A stretch of 64,000 bases of DNA. Origin: Schmidtea polychroa. Lineage: Eukaryota. Each line of letters begins with the position of its first letter. Position 1 is the first letter of the stretch. The stretch lies in assembly GCA_044892525.1 (NCBI GenBank), contig CM097885.1, positions 24,182,001 to 24,246,000 on the forward strand, read 5' to 3'. The notes under the pieces are model-generated. The model was not told the origin of the DNA and did no database searches. It worked only from the letters and a program-made list of their open reading frames with translations. A program made the position numbers and the translations under genes. Positions 26,166 through 39,860 of the stretch are shown here, one piece after another.

Positions 26166-26610
26166 TTGATAATTAATTAAAAGTAATCAAGTATAGTTTT
26201 ATAAATTGTAATTATTAAATGCTAAAATTGAACATCTTAAACTTATTTTTTTGAAAAAAATGTGTTGATCAATGAGTTTTTTAAATATATATATATATAT
26301 ATATATAATTTGAATCTTTTTCTAAGATTTTAATTGTATTTATGAATAATTTTATTTGTATTTAACAATAATTTTATTTATATTTATGCATAACCTTCTA
26401 ATAACTTTTTCGTATGATTTCGTTTACTTGTAATGAAATTTAAGCAATTCAAACAACTATTTCTATTACATTTCTCGGGGTTACATATTTAAATTCAAAA
26501 AATATCATGAGGTGTGAAAAATGATATATGAAAGTGCAAAACTTTATAAATCACAAAAAATTTATAATGTTGATTTTTCTTAAATTGTCATTCCCTACTC
26601 ATAATTATTA

Positions 26611-26685
26611 TCGGTGTGGCACAGAGAGTGAACCCCATGTTGATCGGATGGCATGACAGGTCCTTACCATAACAACCATACATCA
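26611..26685 (-). other. Decayed tRNA-derived sequence (possible SINE head)
   Basis: Minus strand shows an A-box-like TGGTTGTTATGGTAAG and a B-box-like GGGTTCACTCTC. It does not fold into a convincing cloverleaf. Confidence 0.3.
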
Positions 26686-26764
26686 TAACATTCAAAATAA
26701 ATTGAAAATTAAAATAAAATAAAGATTACTGGAAAACTTTATATTATATTCATATCCTGTACCA

Positions 26765-27709
26765 TTAATGGCCATCAATATTTATATCAGTATTTGTACC
26801 TGCTACGGAATTATTAAAATGACCTTTAGATCGAATACAAGGCATGATCATATACAGTAAAACCAATCTCCGAGATTTCATGGTAACTAAACATATAATT
26901 GGGTTTAAACAAATGCTCAACAGCTGTAACATTATTGCCACCTCTTGAAGAGGTCCATAATAGACATATTCAACAATTCCAAAAGCACTAAAAAAATAAT
27001 ATGACGGTTCTAATGGAAACAATACAATAAATTGAAGAGTAATAATTGTCGCAATAAACGTTAATAATTTCTTTGCCTTTTTGTCTTCAGAATTCTTTTT
27101 GGTCAAATCGGACTTTTTTGAAATTTCAATTGTAATTTTTGAATAAATCGTAATGAACATAATTGTGGGTCCGATATAAAAGAATAAATACCAGAAAATT
27201 GCGTAAACTAATTTATGAACACGATAATAATTCTGGGAAAATAAGGGGTCACTTGTGCAAGTGCCATTGAACTTTTTATCAAATGCGGTAGGCACCACAA
27301 GCACAACGCTGATGATCACGATCAGGATTTGACTGCTCCAAATCAAATGTCGCTGCTTCCTAGCATAGACACTCGCCTTCAGCACTGCTACGTAACGATC
27401 TATTGCTATCCAAACGAGGGTTTGAACGCTTGCCATCATTGTTATCCAATAGAACACTTGACTCGTCCAAAAATAGCAGACGAAAATATCGAAAATTTGA
27501 AAATTCGAACCTCTATATAACGGTAAATACCGACTAGCCAGATAAAGAACTGATGCCATGAAATCATAAACCGATTGGGTACTCAACAAAATACTCGTAA
27601 TTTTTGATTTCAGTGGACTCTTCCAAAGAGTCAAGGTGAAAAATAAATTTCCAACCAATCCGAAAATTACGAATATTATTTGAAAAATATTAGTTAAGGA
27701 AAAATCCAT
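26765..27709 (-). CDS. Rhodopsin-like (class A) 7TM GPCR, intronless CDS, orphan
   Basis: GLVGN in TM1, IAIDRYVAV (DRY), ECL2 Cys, and CLNPII in TM7, with seven hydrophobic segments. The ORF track starts at a TTG (27751); the first ATG is at 27709 (MDFSLT). Confidence 0.93.
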   Translation of the reverse strand: MDFSLTNIFQIIFVIFGLVGNLFFTLTLWKSPLKSKITSILLSTQSVYDFMASVLYLASRYLPLYRGSNFQIFDIFVCYFWTSQVFYWITMMASVQTLVWIAIDRYVAVLKASVYARKQRHLIWSSQILIVIISVVLVVPTAFDKKFNGTCTSDPLFSQNYYRVHKLVYAIFWYLFFYIGPTIMFITIYSKITIEISKKSDLTKKNSEDKKAKKLLTFIATIITLQFIVLFPLEPSYYFFSAFGIVEYVYYGPLQEVAIMLQLLSICLNPIICLVTMKSRRLVLLYMIMPCIRSKGHFNNSVAGTNTDINIDGH

Positions 27710-28087
27710 TTTAATATAAAAGATTTTAAATTTCCCATTTATATATTTCAAGGCGCTGTAATATTATTGGCTAATTTTAAGGTGTAACTAATTGATTTAT
27801 TATTTTATTTATTTATTTCACTTAAATATTACAAAAATAATATTATGATCATGCGAAGATTTACAAGGATGCACTTGTAAACAGTTTCTGTGTATCGACT
27901 TATTTTTGAATCCGCAGAGGTTAGTATAATTTTTCATACGTCTTGATTACAAGTTTACAGATTTTCTGTGAGCAAGCTAATGAGCAAGTGATGTGATTTC
28001 CCGTGTACCAGGGATAACATACAATAAAGTTGAATCAGCAATATTGTATACTTACCTGGCGCGAAGATAAATCTTCGCGTCTCCTGC

Positions 28088-28129
28088 ATAGTACTGATGA
28101 GAGCCAAAAGCTCGAAACTAGTCTGCTAT
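28088..28129 (+). ncRNA. Minimal type I hammerhead ribozyme (Penelope-associated type)
   Basis: Stem I ATAGTA/TGCTAT; core CTGATGA; stem II GAGC-caaaa-GCTC; GAAA; short palindromic stem III (ACTAGT); GTC cleavage triplet, cleavage after 28123. Confidence 0.88.
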
Positions 28130-28181
28130 TGGGATTTGCACTGGGTATCACAAAGCTTGTAATGTTTATATTATTATTATT

Positions 28182-28255
<74 letters not shown>

Positions 28256-28329
28256 TAAAAGTAATAATACATTTTTTTTATTTATAGTTTTTATTACAAA
28301 TTTAAATTATTATTGTATTGTCATCAGAG

Positions 28330-28881
28330 CTTCATACACTAAAGTGAAAGATTCGTACAAAAATTCACTCTTTTTTCAAAAGAAAATAGTATTTTGGAGA
28401 TACTAAAGCATTTATCGACTCATCACCAAGAAAACTTCCAATTTTATTGCAAAACTTTCCTGATACAGAAAACTCTTAGTAAGGCATTGAAAAGCAATTC
28501 TAAGTTGTTTGTTCTTTTCCCGGTTGCTTTGAAGAGATTACATTCTTTTCTAAAAGTATGAACATTAACGACTTCTTGTGAAATTTGCACAGATTCTTTT
28601 TCAATAGCCATGTTGACTTCATCATTAACCACAATCATCAGCAACCAATGTGTACCAAAAGCATATTGAAGAAATACTGTCGTTTGAATAAGAAATCTGA
28701 TCCCGGTCGAGAACACACATATAAACGATATTTCCAAGAACATTATTTTACGATATTTATGTTCAAAATGTGCTTCTTGGTCATTATTTGAATCTGTTGT
28801 ACTTATCTACTCCCCGAGTTCAAGTCCTAATGAGGTGATTTTTTTAATTTTAATTTTTATTTTTTTTAATTTACATCCCTA
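28330..28881 (-). mobile_element. Internally deleted hAT remnant related to the element at 62343-64000
   Basis: FKATGKRTNNLELLFNALL...ALV..KYYF resembles the C-terminus of ORF 62558-63937. TAGGGATGTAA-like terminus at 28881. Confidence 0.6.
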
Positions 28882-29298
28882 AAGTGATACCGTCCCGAAA
28901 AGAATTAAAAGAAATTTTTGATAAAGAAGAATAAGCAGTTGAGTTTGCCCATCAAAACGCTTTTATTTTGCCAATAACTGCTTGTCTCAAAGATGGTTTA
29001 TCTTTTACCTTGAAAAATATTTTATTAGAAATACAAATTTCACATATAACCCCAGGTTCGTATTTTTTCATATTTTCTAAAATATCAGTTGTCCAGCAAC
29101 CACGTGCGCGACTGCATCGTTTTTGAAACTTCGTTCTTCGGACTTTTCGTGTTTTTCAAACTGATTTTTTGTATAAGAGAGTGTGTGTGTACTTTTGACT
29201 ATTTTATTTTTCTGTTTCTGTTTGTGTACATTTTGAACTATTTTATTTGTCTGAGTGCATTTTTTGTTATTTCAAAAAAACATTTATTGATATATAAA

Positions 29299-29880
29299 AT
29301 GGATTGATCGAGCGAGTATGAAACTGATATTGAAAATTCAACATCTTCTGCATCTTCGGAAAGCGAGATCAATGAGCCATTTGCACCACTTGCACCACCT
29401 GAACACCAAAGCCAGGATTAATATGAACTAAGCGAAAGTTTTCCATCAGAACCTCCACTTGCTAGATCATCCAACACATTTGCACGGAGACGAACCGTTA
29501 TGCACATCAACAGGCACAATTAAGACCGTCGACTTCACGTAGGACGTCTCCGAAGAGCTGGATCGACGTAGCAGGACCAGAGCTGCGGAGAATGCCTGAT
29601 CTAGATTTGAATTGGTCGAAGAGGCCATTATTATTTTCGCCATATTTTGGAAAAACCATGCGATTCAAAAAGAAATAAAAAACTTTGCACATCTCTGATA
29701 ATTCCACGTATGATCCGCAAACTCACCCCAATCCAAAATTAAATAAATTTGGACAATACACGAAAAACCTCAAGAGAGGTTTTCCTACGTGTACTCTCTT
29801 GAATGAGTTGTAACCATAGATGAAAGCCTCCTTTTGTAAAAAGGGAGATTGGGGTGGAAACAATGCATACTGTAAAGTTC
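29299..29880 (+). mobile_element. piggyBac (PGBD4-like) transposase remnant
   Basis: Acidic N-terminus, then LHISDNSTYDPQTHPNPKLNK and VTIDESLLL*KGRLGWKQ, the first catalytic Asp motif of piggyBac. Many lesions; termini not resolved. Confidence 0.8.
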
Positions 29881-29940
29881 TGAATATAATACCCGGGTAC
29901 TCAAATTGGTTATTTATACCCAGGTAGACTATTGGAACGT

Positions 29941-30010
<70 letters not shown>

Positions 30011-30296
30011 AGACGCAATTAAATTCAAGTCTTCTTCATGCATTTATTTTTATAACAACTTCAAAATTGTGACGTTTACTAGTGTATTTAAACACCGAGG
30101 CTTGATACTTATTAATATTAATGTAATTACTGGTCATACATTTAATTGATTTAATTTAATATAATTTAATATAATATGATCTAATTTAATATAGAATTTA
30201 ACTATAAAAATTTAACAGAAATAATTATTTCTACTAACTGATCTCACTTCTACCATTTAACCATAATAATCTTATATAGAGATTTACTAACTCCTT

Positions 30297-30340
<44 letters not shown>

Positions 30341-32333
30341 GGGAATGTATTATCTAAAATTAAAATAAAACCAATTAATATATAATTAACAAAAGAAAAC
30401 AACTATATTATAAATTAAAAAAACAATAAGATTATTCATTAATAATAACAAAAACTGTATACATTAATTCATCTGTATATAATAATAGAAAAACTAGATA
30501 ATAGAAAAACTAAGAACATAGTCCGATACAAATTTATTAATTATTTTTTAAAGTGTTATTTATTACTGATCTGAACCAATTTTAACACGTTGTATGCGGG
30601 ACACGTACTAGTATGTTTATTTACGATTGGTACTTGAGCGCTATATACATTTATATTTAAATTTTCATATTTACGATATTATTATAAATGTTCCCACCAA
30701 AATAAGAAACGTTGGTTAAAAATATAAATAATTTTCGATTTATTGAGATTTTACTGAAAACTAAATTTGCGCAAAAAAACCCCGCTACAGCAGAACTCCG
30801 CCAAAAAATGTACCCGCATACAATGTGTTAATAGCTCCTCTGTATCAACTTCACTGGAAGTCTCGCTGACATTTTCATCATGATAATCAGGGGAAGAACT
30901 CAGACTATCAGTTGCATGTTCATCAACAGTTTCTAGATCCGTTTCATTAGCTTCATCATCCCCGACCAGCTCGTAAGTTGTATCAAAGTGATTATTCCAG
31001 TATAAAAGCAAAGTTGAAATTCAAAATAATCGGTATTTTGCCTCAGTTAGGGTAAGAAGAAACGAGAATAGGCGAACGGTAAAAACGAATTAAGGAGATT
31101 AGGGAAAAAGAAAATATAGAATAGGAGATACGAAAAAGGGAAAATGAATCAAATCAAATAGCAAAGGAAACGTTTGTCGAAAGAAGCTGAAGAAATAAAA
31201 AGGTGAATATTATCTTTTGTCAAAGCATCAACACCGAGCGGATAATCGGTCAAACTTGTAAAACTTTGGTGTTTGATTGTCGATAGAAATATATTTTTGT
31301 GATTCAAATATACGTTGGGTAATTTATTGTTTTGATTAAAAGGACACGAGGAGTCAAAGGCTTCCCGACTTAAATAACATAAAACCCAACAATATGAACA
31401 TTATAATTATTATAGTTAGCTGTTTTGAATTTGCGTGTTGGTGGTGCCAAATATATGAACCAGATATATGCGGATTAAGCCCAAATTTATAAATTCCAAT
31501 TCTGAATTATAAAGATTCAGGTTCAGGTATATTCTGGATTGTACACTCATCTAAAGTTGATGATAATTTGTTGGATTGTTTTGATTTGATTTTTTCCTTA
31601 AATACATTTTCAATTTTTGTAGCAAAATTTAAAATCAGTGTCATTACAGTATTTAAGGATTTGGAAGACACATAACTTGAACATTTCTTGATTCCCGAGT
31701 AAAGATGGATCTAGTAATTTGCTTTATAAACAAACCATCTAGAGCAGGTAATCTTGATACAGTTTCTTCTAAGGTTGATTTTCGTACTAACCTCAACATA
31801 TTAGACTAAAGACAGATTATTTTTGAAGATGCGGCTTTTGGTTGAGGTTATGCTGGCTCTTTAAATGATTTAACAAAGCTGATGCATACCACAATTTTTT
31901 AAAAATTTGCTTTTTCATTTTGAATTTTTGTGATATGTTTCCAAGCGAAACTCTTTTGATGATTCTTTTAACAGTAATAAATTAAGATTTCTAATGAAAA
32001 TGAAAGTTTTAATTTTCAATATTAAATTACTTTGAATTCTTTACAAATACGTGCACACGAAATATTATTATTTCGTATTTCTTTTCTTTTTAGAGTTGCA
32101 TTTGCAATAATTTTACAATTGTAACAGATAGTAGTAACCGATAACGGTAATAAGGCCCGGATTTGGGAACTCAATCGGGTCATGTATCACCACCAAAATT
32201 AAAAAAATAGTTCTTTTTCGAAATTTAAAGCAAATTGCTTTGGACGATAAAGAATAAATTATAAATTATTCAAATAATTAAAAATATATTTATTTTAAGT
32301 TTCCATTGATGGATAAGATTTATTATTGTGTTT

Positions 32334-32377
<44 letters not shown>

Positions 32378-33469
32378 CGGATACCCGTAAGTGTGGTTTT
32401 TGACTAACGTTTAATTAATCGGATAGTACTATCTTCTCTCTCAATTATTCTATTCTATATGACGCTAACTCGGCGCACTGACATTAGTCATTTTTGTGCT
32501 GCGCTCACTATTAATTAGATATAGATTAAAATATTTATTTATTTATAATCAAATATCAGTTGTTTATTGTAATTGCAGTTCTCTATCCTTCTAATCGTTT
32601 TTATTATTAGTATCGTATTTTGTGACTATACAATACTGCCAGTACTATACAGTTATATATTTTAAAAAACAGTATTTTATTCAAATAGTATTGCATAAAC
32701 ATAACGGAAAATTTTTAATTTTGATTTTAAAATACTTAAGTCCATATAAAAATTACTAGACTTTTTTTTTAATTTTTTTTTAAAACTTTATAATTTTCGA
32801 AAAAGGAATATCAAGAAAAATCTAAGCTACAATAAAGAAATAATAAAATAAAAATTAAAAATATTTTTAAATGTTATATCCTACTGATTTTATTCAAAAT
32901 TATGTTTATTTTACAAAAAAAATACTACATTTACTACTACTCATTACATAATAAATCCCAATAAAAATTATAAATTTGAGAATTAGCAGTTTGTCTTTTT
33001 GTGTAAAAACCGGTTTGCAAACCCTAGGAAAATGGTTGACTTTCTTTGTACAATTTGAAATTATTTTACCTAGATTTTGTCTTGTTCCTGAAACTGAATG
33101 TTAAGTTACTTAATTTTTTTTGTTATATAGACTTGAAAAGCAAACTCGCGCCACCAAGTAAAGTTTTTAAGTTCTGAATAGTTTTCATGGCGTTTTTTGA
33201 AGAAAAGCAACTATTCGTGTAGAAATTTATTCAAACGACGTAAAATTACTTAACTTGGCCCTTACTTAACTACGGTACTTCTCATTTATCAGAGCTTTGT
33301 ATACGTGTCTTTAGAGAGAATGAGTCCGTACTTGAATTATTATTTCCCCAAGTTTTATAATTTTGTCGAATTTAATAAATTTGCCAAATAGTGTTTGTTA
33401 GTGAAATGAAATAAAACGTGGAAATGCTTCATCTTTTTGACATAAAGTAACGAAAAGCAGGAGCATCGT

Positions 33470-33880
33470 CCACAATTTTTTCAATAGGTACATTCTCAGA
33501 TATACATTCTGTCTAGGATCAAATATCTTCACCTGTAGTGTGACCTTTCATTGAAATACATTTTAGAAGCTCTTCTCTTAGAATAAAGTCACTGAATATT
33601 ATCCTTACAAATATTACTAATTTAGATGTGTCAATTAGATCTATAGATTCATCAAGTTGAAGGAAAAAATGGTTACACCTACAAAAATTATTTCCCAACT
33701 GCAAAGAAATATCAAAAGACCTATTCTCAACTCGCCTCATTACCGTAATGGCAGAAAGCTGTGTAGATTTAATTGCATATAATATAACCCGTTTTGTTTT
33801 TAAAGCCATCAAATAACACTTCTACTGCTTCTAAAAAAGGTTTCTTTTATAATTTCACCGTCTTCATAAGGATTTTTCTT
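33470..33880 (-). mobile_element. hAT (GTF2IRD2-like) transposase remnant
   Basis: QLSAITVMRRVE...LQLDESIDLIDTSKLVIFVR...EELL...TTGEDI. Confidence 0.8.
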
Positions 33881-34316
33881 TTTTTATCTTATTTTTGATG
33901 CGCGATAGGACGCAATAGTTTCTAGGTTGTGAATTTTGTCAAAGTATTTTGCTGAAGGCTTATTTAATTTTTCAACTGCTTTACCTTTTTATTCTCACAG
34001 ACGCTGGGTTTTATTAACTTTTCAAATAAATGATTATGGAAATCTTTATAATAAAATTTTTAATTGAAAAAATAATTGAGAGAAATTTTTTAAAAATTTA
34101 TAAAACAATAAACTATTTAATCTGAAACTTTCCACTCATTCACAGGCCCAATTAAAAAAAAAGATTAGAAATTTGAATAATAAATATTCATTTTTAAACT
34201 AATTCATTTCATTAAGATCAAGTACTTTTAAAACAATAATTTCCTAGCTGCTTCCCATCACTAATTAATTAATAGATTTGCAACTGAAAACAAGTATATA
34301 TTTCTTGCGTTGATTA

Positions 34317-34728
<412 letters not shown>

Positions 34729-35099
34729 AAAAAGTGAATTAGTAATGTCAGTTTTTAATTTTTCAATCAGAAAAAACATTATTCAATTTAATGTTTATTA
34801 AAATAATTTTACAAGTAAATTATATAAATGCATTTAGTAATATTTGATTTATAGATTGCAGTGCTTTTGATACGGTTCATTAATTAATTACTTATTTATT
34901 ATTCTAATGTGTGAATATTTTCCAAAAATACTTTCTCATCATTACAGTTAACTAAGAGTTTTTTATTCAGTATTTAATTGAATAATGAAAACAAACAAAT
35001 TGTTTAAAGAAAACTTTAAGTATGTTTTTGAAAAGCATTGGTTTTGAATTGGATAGGAGTGAGCGCACTGGCTCAGATGTGTATGACTCACCAGTAGAG

Positions 35100-35206
35100 C
35101 TGATTGGACGTGAGTCAGGCTACAAGATGATGTGACATCCTATTGCTTATGACTCGTGGTCTTTGTTCTACAGCATGTTAAACACGTCATGTCAAAGTCA
35201 AATATT
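35100..35206. repeat. Dispersed ~105-bp repeat, second copy at ~39331-39436
   Basis: ctgattgg...caggctacaagatga...aaacacgtcat.tcaaagtcaaatat is present at both sites in direct orientation. Confidence 0.75.
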
Positions 35207-35764
35207 TTCAAGAAGCTTGTGAGCTCAAATTGATATCACTTTAATGAAAATAGCTATGATCATTAATATATATTCATACGACAGATCATGAATCGGGTTA
35301 CAAATTGAAATGTTGAATGTTTCTGTGGACTTATTGGTTGAGATTGAACAATGGCACAAATGTCACACAATTGTCAAAAGTGCTATTAAAAATATCTTTA
35401 GTGATTTGGATTCTGAAAATTATTATAAGACTTTTATCTTATAAAATATCTTTTCATGGGATGTTTTGTTTGGCCGCAAATTGGCTTTGAAAACATTTTA
35501 CTTTACTATGTAAATTTATTGAAAATATAATTTTTTTAAAATTGGGTCCATTACCACCCCCCTCCTACCCTCTCCCTATAGATTGAGAACTGGATTCAGA
35601 AAACTATTCTAAGACTTCTGTCACAGAAAATAATTTTTCATAGAATGCTTTGTTTACCTGTAATGGCCTTGAAAATATTTTCCTTTGTTACATGTCGTAA
35701 TGTCATTGTAATGTCATTAATATCAAAGTTGTAGAGAATGTCTATAATATACTTAGTATATAGA

Positions 35765-36254
35765 ATCTTTTTATATAATAGTAGATAGACTTATAATTGA
35801 AATGCGTAAGCGACTTGGAGCATATCAAATGTTATATGAAAGATTTAATTTTTTGGTGGACAAAAGTTTAACAAATAATGAAATAGTTTCGAAAGCAAAC
35901 CAGTTAGTGCAAATATATTCTTCAGATGTTGAAGATGCATTTATTGACGAGTTTTTATTATTTTCACGAATGTATGGGAATAAAAAATCAGTGAAGGAAA
36001 TGATAATTGCACAAATAAATGATAAACTAGCTACCAGTTTTCCAAATGTAAATATTGTGTTAAGAATTTATTTATCGATATTTGGAACGAATGCGGAAGG
36101 GGAGCGGAGCTTTTCAAAGCTTAAAAGAATAAAAAATTGCCTCCGATTAACTATGGGACAGGAACGATTATCATTTCTTACGCTTTTATCAATTGAAAGT
36201 GATTTAATGCTAGAAATTAGTTCGCCAATAAAAAATGTCGGAAGGTTAGTTTAG
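35765..36254 (+). mobile_element. hAT (ZMYM1/Tip100-like) transposase C-terminal fragment
   Basis: FPNVNIVLRIYLSI..TNAEGERSFSKLKRIKNCLRLTMGQERL..L.LLSIE is a hAT dimerisation domain. Confidence 0.85.
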
Positions 36255-37135
36255 GTAATAATTAAATAAATTGTTTACTAAATTAATGATTTTTTTTGGT
36301 TTTTTGAATTATTTTGGATTAAGTGAAGTTTTTCTTTTCATGCTTTGGTTGAATATTTATTATATAAATTTTTCGTAAATAATAGTTAACTCCAGCAATT
36401 AACTCATCCAAAATCTTGATATTGTTCGAAATTTCTGTTTAGGTGCACATTTAACCACCTTCAAAGCAAAGTTCCATAAGTTGAGCTTCATTTTCTTCTT
36501 TACATTTTCTACGGTCTCCCATATAAATTATTGCTCAGCAATTTGTAATATTAATTTATGATCCAAATATTTATTCATTACCCCCGAAATTCAGTGTTTA
36601 TATTCATATGTTTCTTGAAATGAGAATAATTATAATCGTGTCCCATTTAAATATTTATATCAAAGTAATTTCTAGTTTTCACATTTGCACTAAAAGCTAG
36701 GTTATTGATATTATCTAAGAATTAATAAAAACAAATAATATATTTAAATAATATTTATTTTCCACTTTGAAAATTACGGTTGATATTTCTTATTAATAAA
36801 ATTCAATACTACGGAAATGATGCGGAAAAATAATTCAGTGGGGACAGTCATTGATTAATTAAAACAAATGCAATATATTTCAATGTAAATTAATGATAAA
36901 TCATACAAAATTCGCATTATTATCATTAAATGTTCTTTGGGATATTATAGCATTAATTATAGAATTAACAATTATCGGCGGCAAGGAGAATTCTCCTTGG
37001 GAGGGGGAGGTTACAACCTAATTGTTCTTTACAGGAATTATTATGTATATTACTTTTCATTCGTTAATAAATTTTATTTTTATAAAATAATAAAATTATT
37101 TTTTTCAATATATTATATTTGTTAATAAAGGTAAT

Positions 37136-37358
37136 TATTAAGATTCTCATCCGTTAAAACATTAATATATATGTGCAAATTACTAGATAATTCCATAAAT
37201 TTTATTTAATATATTATACACTCAAAATTTGTCTTTTCTTTTGTTTCTTATTAAACAAATTTCAATCTTTCTTTAAAATATTTTTCGAAAAAAATATTTT
37301 TAAAATTTAACAAAATTTCTAATAAAAACTTTTAAAATCTTTCATCTTCCTCATAGTA
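37136..37358 (-). mobile_element. Solo LTR of the tRNA-Leu-primed Gypsy family
   Basis: Both ends match the LTR at 13753-13988 (tatta.gat.tcatcc ... cttcctcata.ta). No PBS follows. Flanks GTAAT / ATAAT fit a 5-bp TSD with one mismatch. Confidence 0.65.
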
Positions 37359-39459
37359 ATAATTTTATTTTGCATCACCGTAATTCCTTGAATTTATTTT
37401 CTGATATTTGAAAGGAAGGTGATTAAACTGAAATTTTAGAAAAAAACGCTTTAATTAGTCAACTAAAATGCAAAAATTATTTTTGTAAGATTTTGGGAGC
37501 TCATTCTCTTTTGCCCATCAATTTTTACTGCCTTTTAATATTTCATCAAAATTATAATTTTACAAAAAATATTCAAATAAAGACGTTTTGATAAATTTAT
37601 ATAAAAATGAAATGTCTAGAAAGAAATAAAAAAGAATATAAATAAAACAATTAATTTATTTAAAAATTAAAAGAATAGAAAAGGGAAATACAGTCTATAA
37701 TTCCCATTTACTCAATGGATTAGTCTCATTATAAAAGCTCTAATATCAATGTATTATTTTCATAAATCTCACGTCAAATTATTATGATATCAATAGATTT
37801 TAATATATCTTTTGGTGGCCATTGACAATAAATAACCATTTAGAATGTCTTTTAATTAACCGGTTTTGATCGAAGTAATTTAGATAATTGTTTTGAAATA
37901 AATAAACATCTAATATCGGTTCCGGAGGACTGCTATTCAAATTAATTTAATTTATTTTAAATTTTCTTTATCTTGATTTCTTTGCGAACTTTAAATAAAA
38001 AATTTATTTTATGGTTTACACGAAATTTTGATAATGTCTTTTCAAATATTTGTTGAATATTTTGTGTTTATTTAAGTTAAAAGACAAAAAAATAAAATAT
38101 TGTTTTATATTTTATAATTACTTTTATGAGACTAGAGTTAATTTAATTTAAAAGAATAAGAAAGTAAAAACAAAAGAAATTAAAGAGACTTTTGATTAGA
38201 GTTTACGTGAGGAAGTCTTTCTAATGAATTTTTGAATCGGCTTGTATAATTCGGCATCTTGTTTTGTTAATTAATGTCGTATCTTATGTACTTGTGTAAA
38301 GTGTCAATTTTTTTTGATTTTTATTAAGTTTTAATTAATTTTGCACTTTTATTGATTTTACCAATATTTGTTATGCCTTCTTTTTTTATATATTGGATTT
38401 TGTACTAACCCCAACAACATTGTTATAAAATATAATTCAGTATTGAAATACAACAAATATTTATGACATCTGTTGATTTTCCTTGATTAATTTATTCGGT
38501 TTCTTGAACTTCAGCAATTACTTCTGATGATATGACTTCTAAAACAACTTCAGTGATTTCTTTAGACATGTTTGATTTGAGTCTTGAACACTGGAAAGTA
38601 AAATAAAGTGTATTGATAAAATTTTAATAATTAAATATTTTATAAATAATAATAAATTTTGTATTATAATTACGATATTGTGACAGGTAAATATATCTAA
38701 AGAATATTTTTTCCTATTTAATTATAATTATCTAAATAAATAAATCCACAAAACTGCTGCTTATTATTTGTAACAATTAAAAAATAAATTATCTGAAAAA
38801 TATTTCTTTGCATTATCTGGATTGTTTTTATTTTACGACAATGCAAGTGAATATTTTTTACAGGATATTGATTAATTTTTTAATTATTCTAATACTTTTT
38901 AAAGAAAATATTATATAATAATATTTCATTAGCCGTTGAAAAACATTTAATAATTATTTCCATGTATTTAAACAATATATTCTTATTAAGAATATGATAA
39001 TTAAATAATTTTATAGGAATTCTCTTTTTAAAAATAAAATAGGACTTACCATAGAAATTACAGCAGAAGTTTTGAATGAAATCAAGATATACTAGTAAAA
39101 AAATCAAAATAATTATTATTTAAATAGATTTGAAGGACAAAACACATTAATTAATCTTTGCCTCTATTATATCACAATCAATTTCACAATTGATGTTACT
39201 CATTCTCTGATAGCTTCAAACCTGCCAGATAAAATTTTAAAAAATACTTATAAATACTTATGTCACCGCAGTGGCTAAAATTGGTATGTCTCATCGGAAA
39301 AGCAATAAGTCATCACAATGACTCATTAATCTGATTGGTCGTTAGCCAGGCTACAAGATGATACGTCATACTTTTTCTTATGACTCATAGCCTTTATTCT
39401 ACAGCTTGTCAAACACGTCATATCAAAGTCAAATATGGATTTCATGGATTTTCATGGAT

Positions 39460-39860
39460 TCAGATTTTGAAACTGAAGAATGCAATAATGACGATGCCAG
39501 CGAAGGAGATGACTATGAGGATGGCTTACTAATGGAATATACAGGGACGAGAACGAGATATTGACTTAAACCATAATCAGCTCGGTCCGCTTATACAAAA
39601 AGTTAGGAAAATTGTGAAAACATTTAAACGTTCACCAACACGAAATCAGGTACTACAAGATTATGCACGTGTTGAATTCGGTAAGGAATATTGCTTAATC
39701 CTAGATTCAAAAACTAGATGGAATAGCTTAATGCTCGAACGTTTTTACAAATTAAAATCAAGCATAAAAATTCATCTATAGATTTAAATTTAAATTCAAA
39801 TTTTACTGATGCTGATTTTGAAACAGTTTCCTTAACAGTTTCCACGCTATTGCCAGTAAT
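39460..39860 (+). mobile_element. hAT transposase internal fragment
   Basis: LIQKVRKIVKTFKRSPTRNQVLQDY...LILDSKTRWNSL, same subgroup as 62558-63937. Confidence 0.8.

Noticed and set aside
30585..30612. Helitron-like 3' ends (…CTAGT after a GC-richer patch; also ~1573-1588 and ~47281-47292)
   Set aside because: No convincing subterminal hairpin, no matching 5' TC end and no Rep/helicase fragment.
30751..31011. Acidic ORF, and likewise ORF 50092-50448
   Set aside because: No diagnostic motif recognised; non-ATG or doubtful starts; probably decayed TE or viral pieces.
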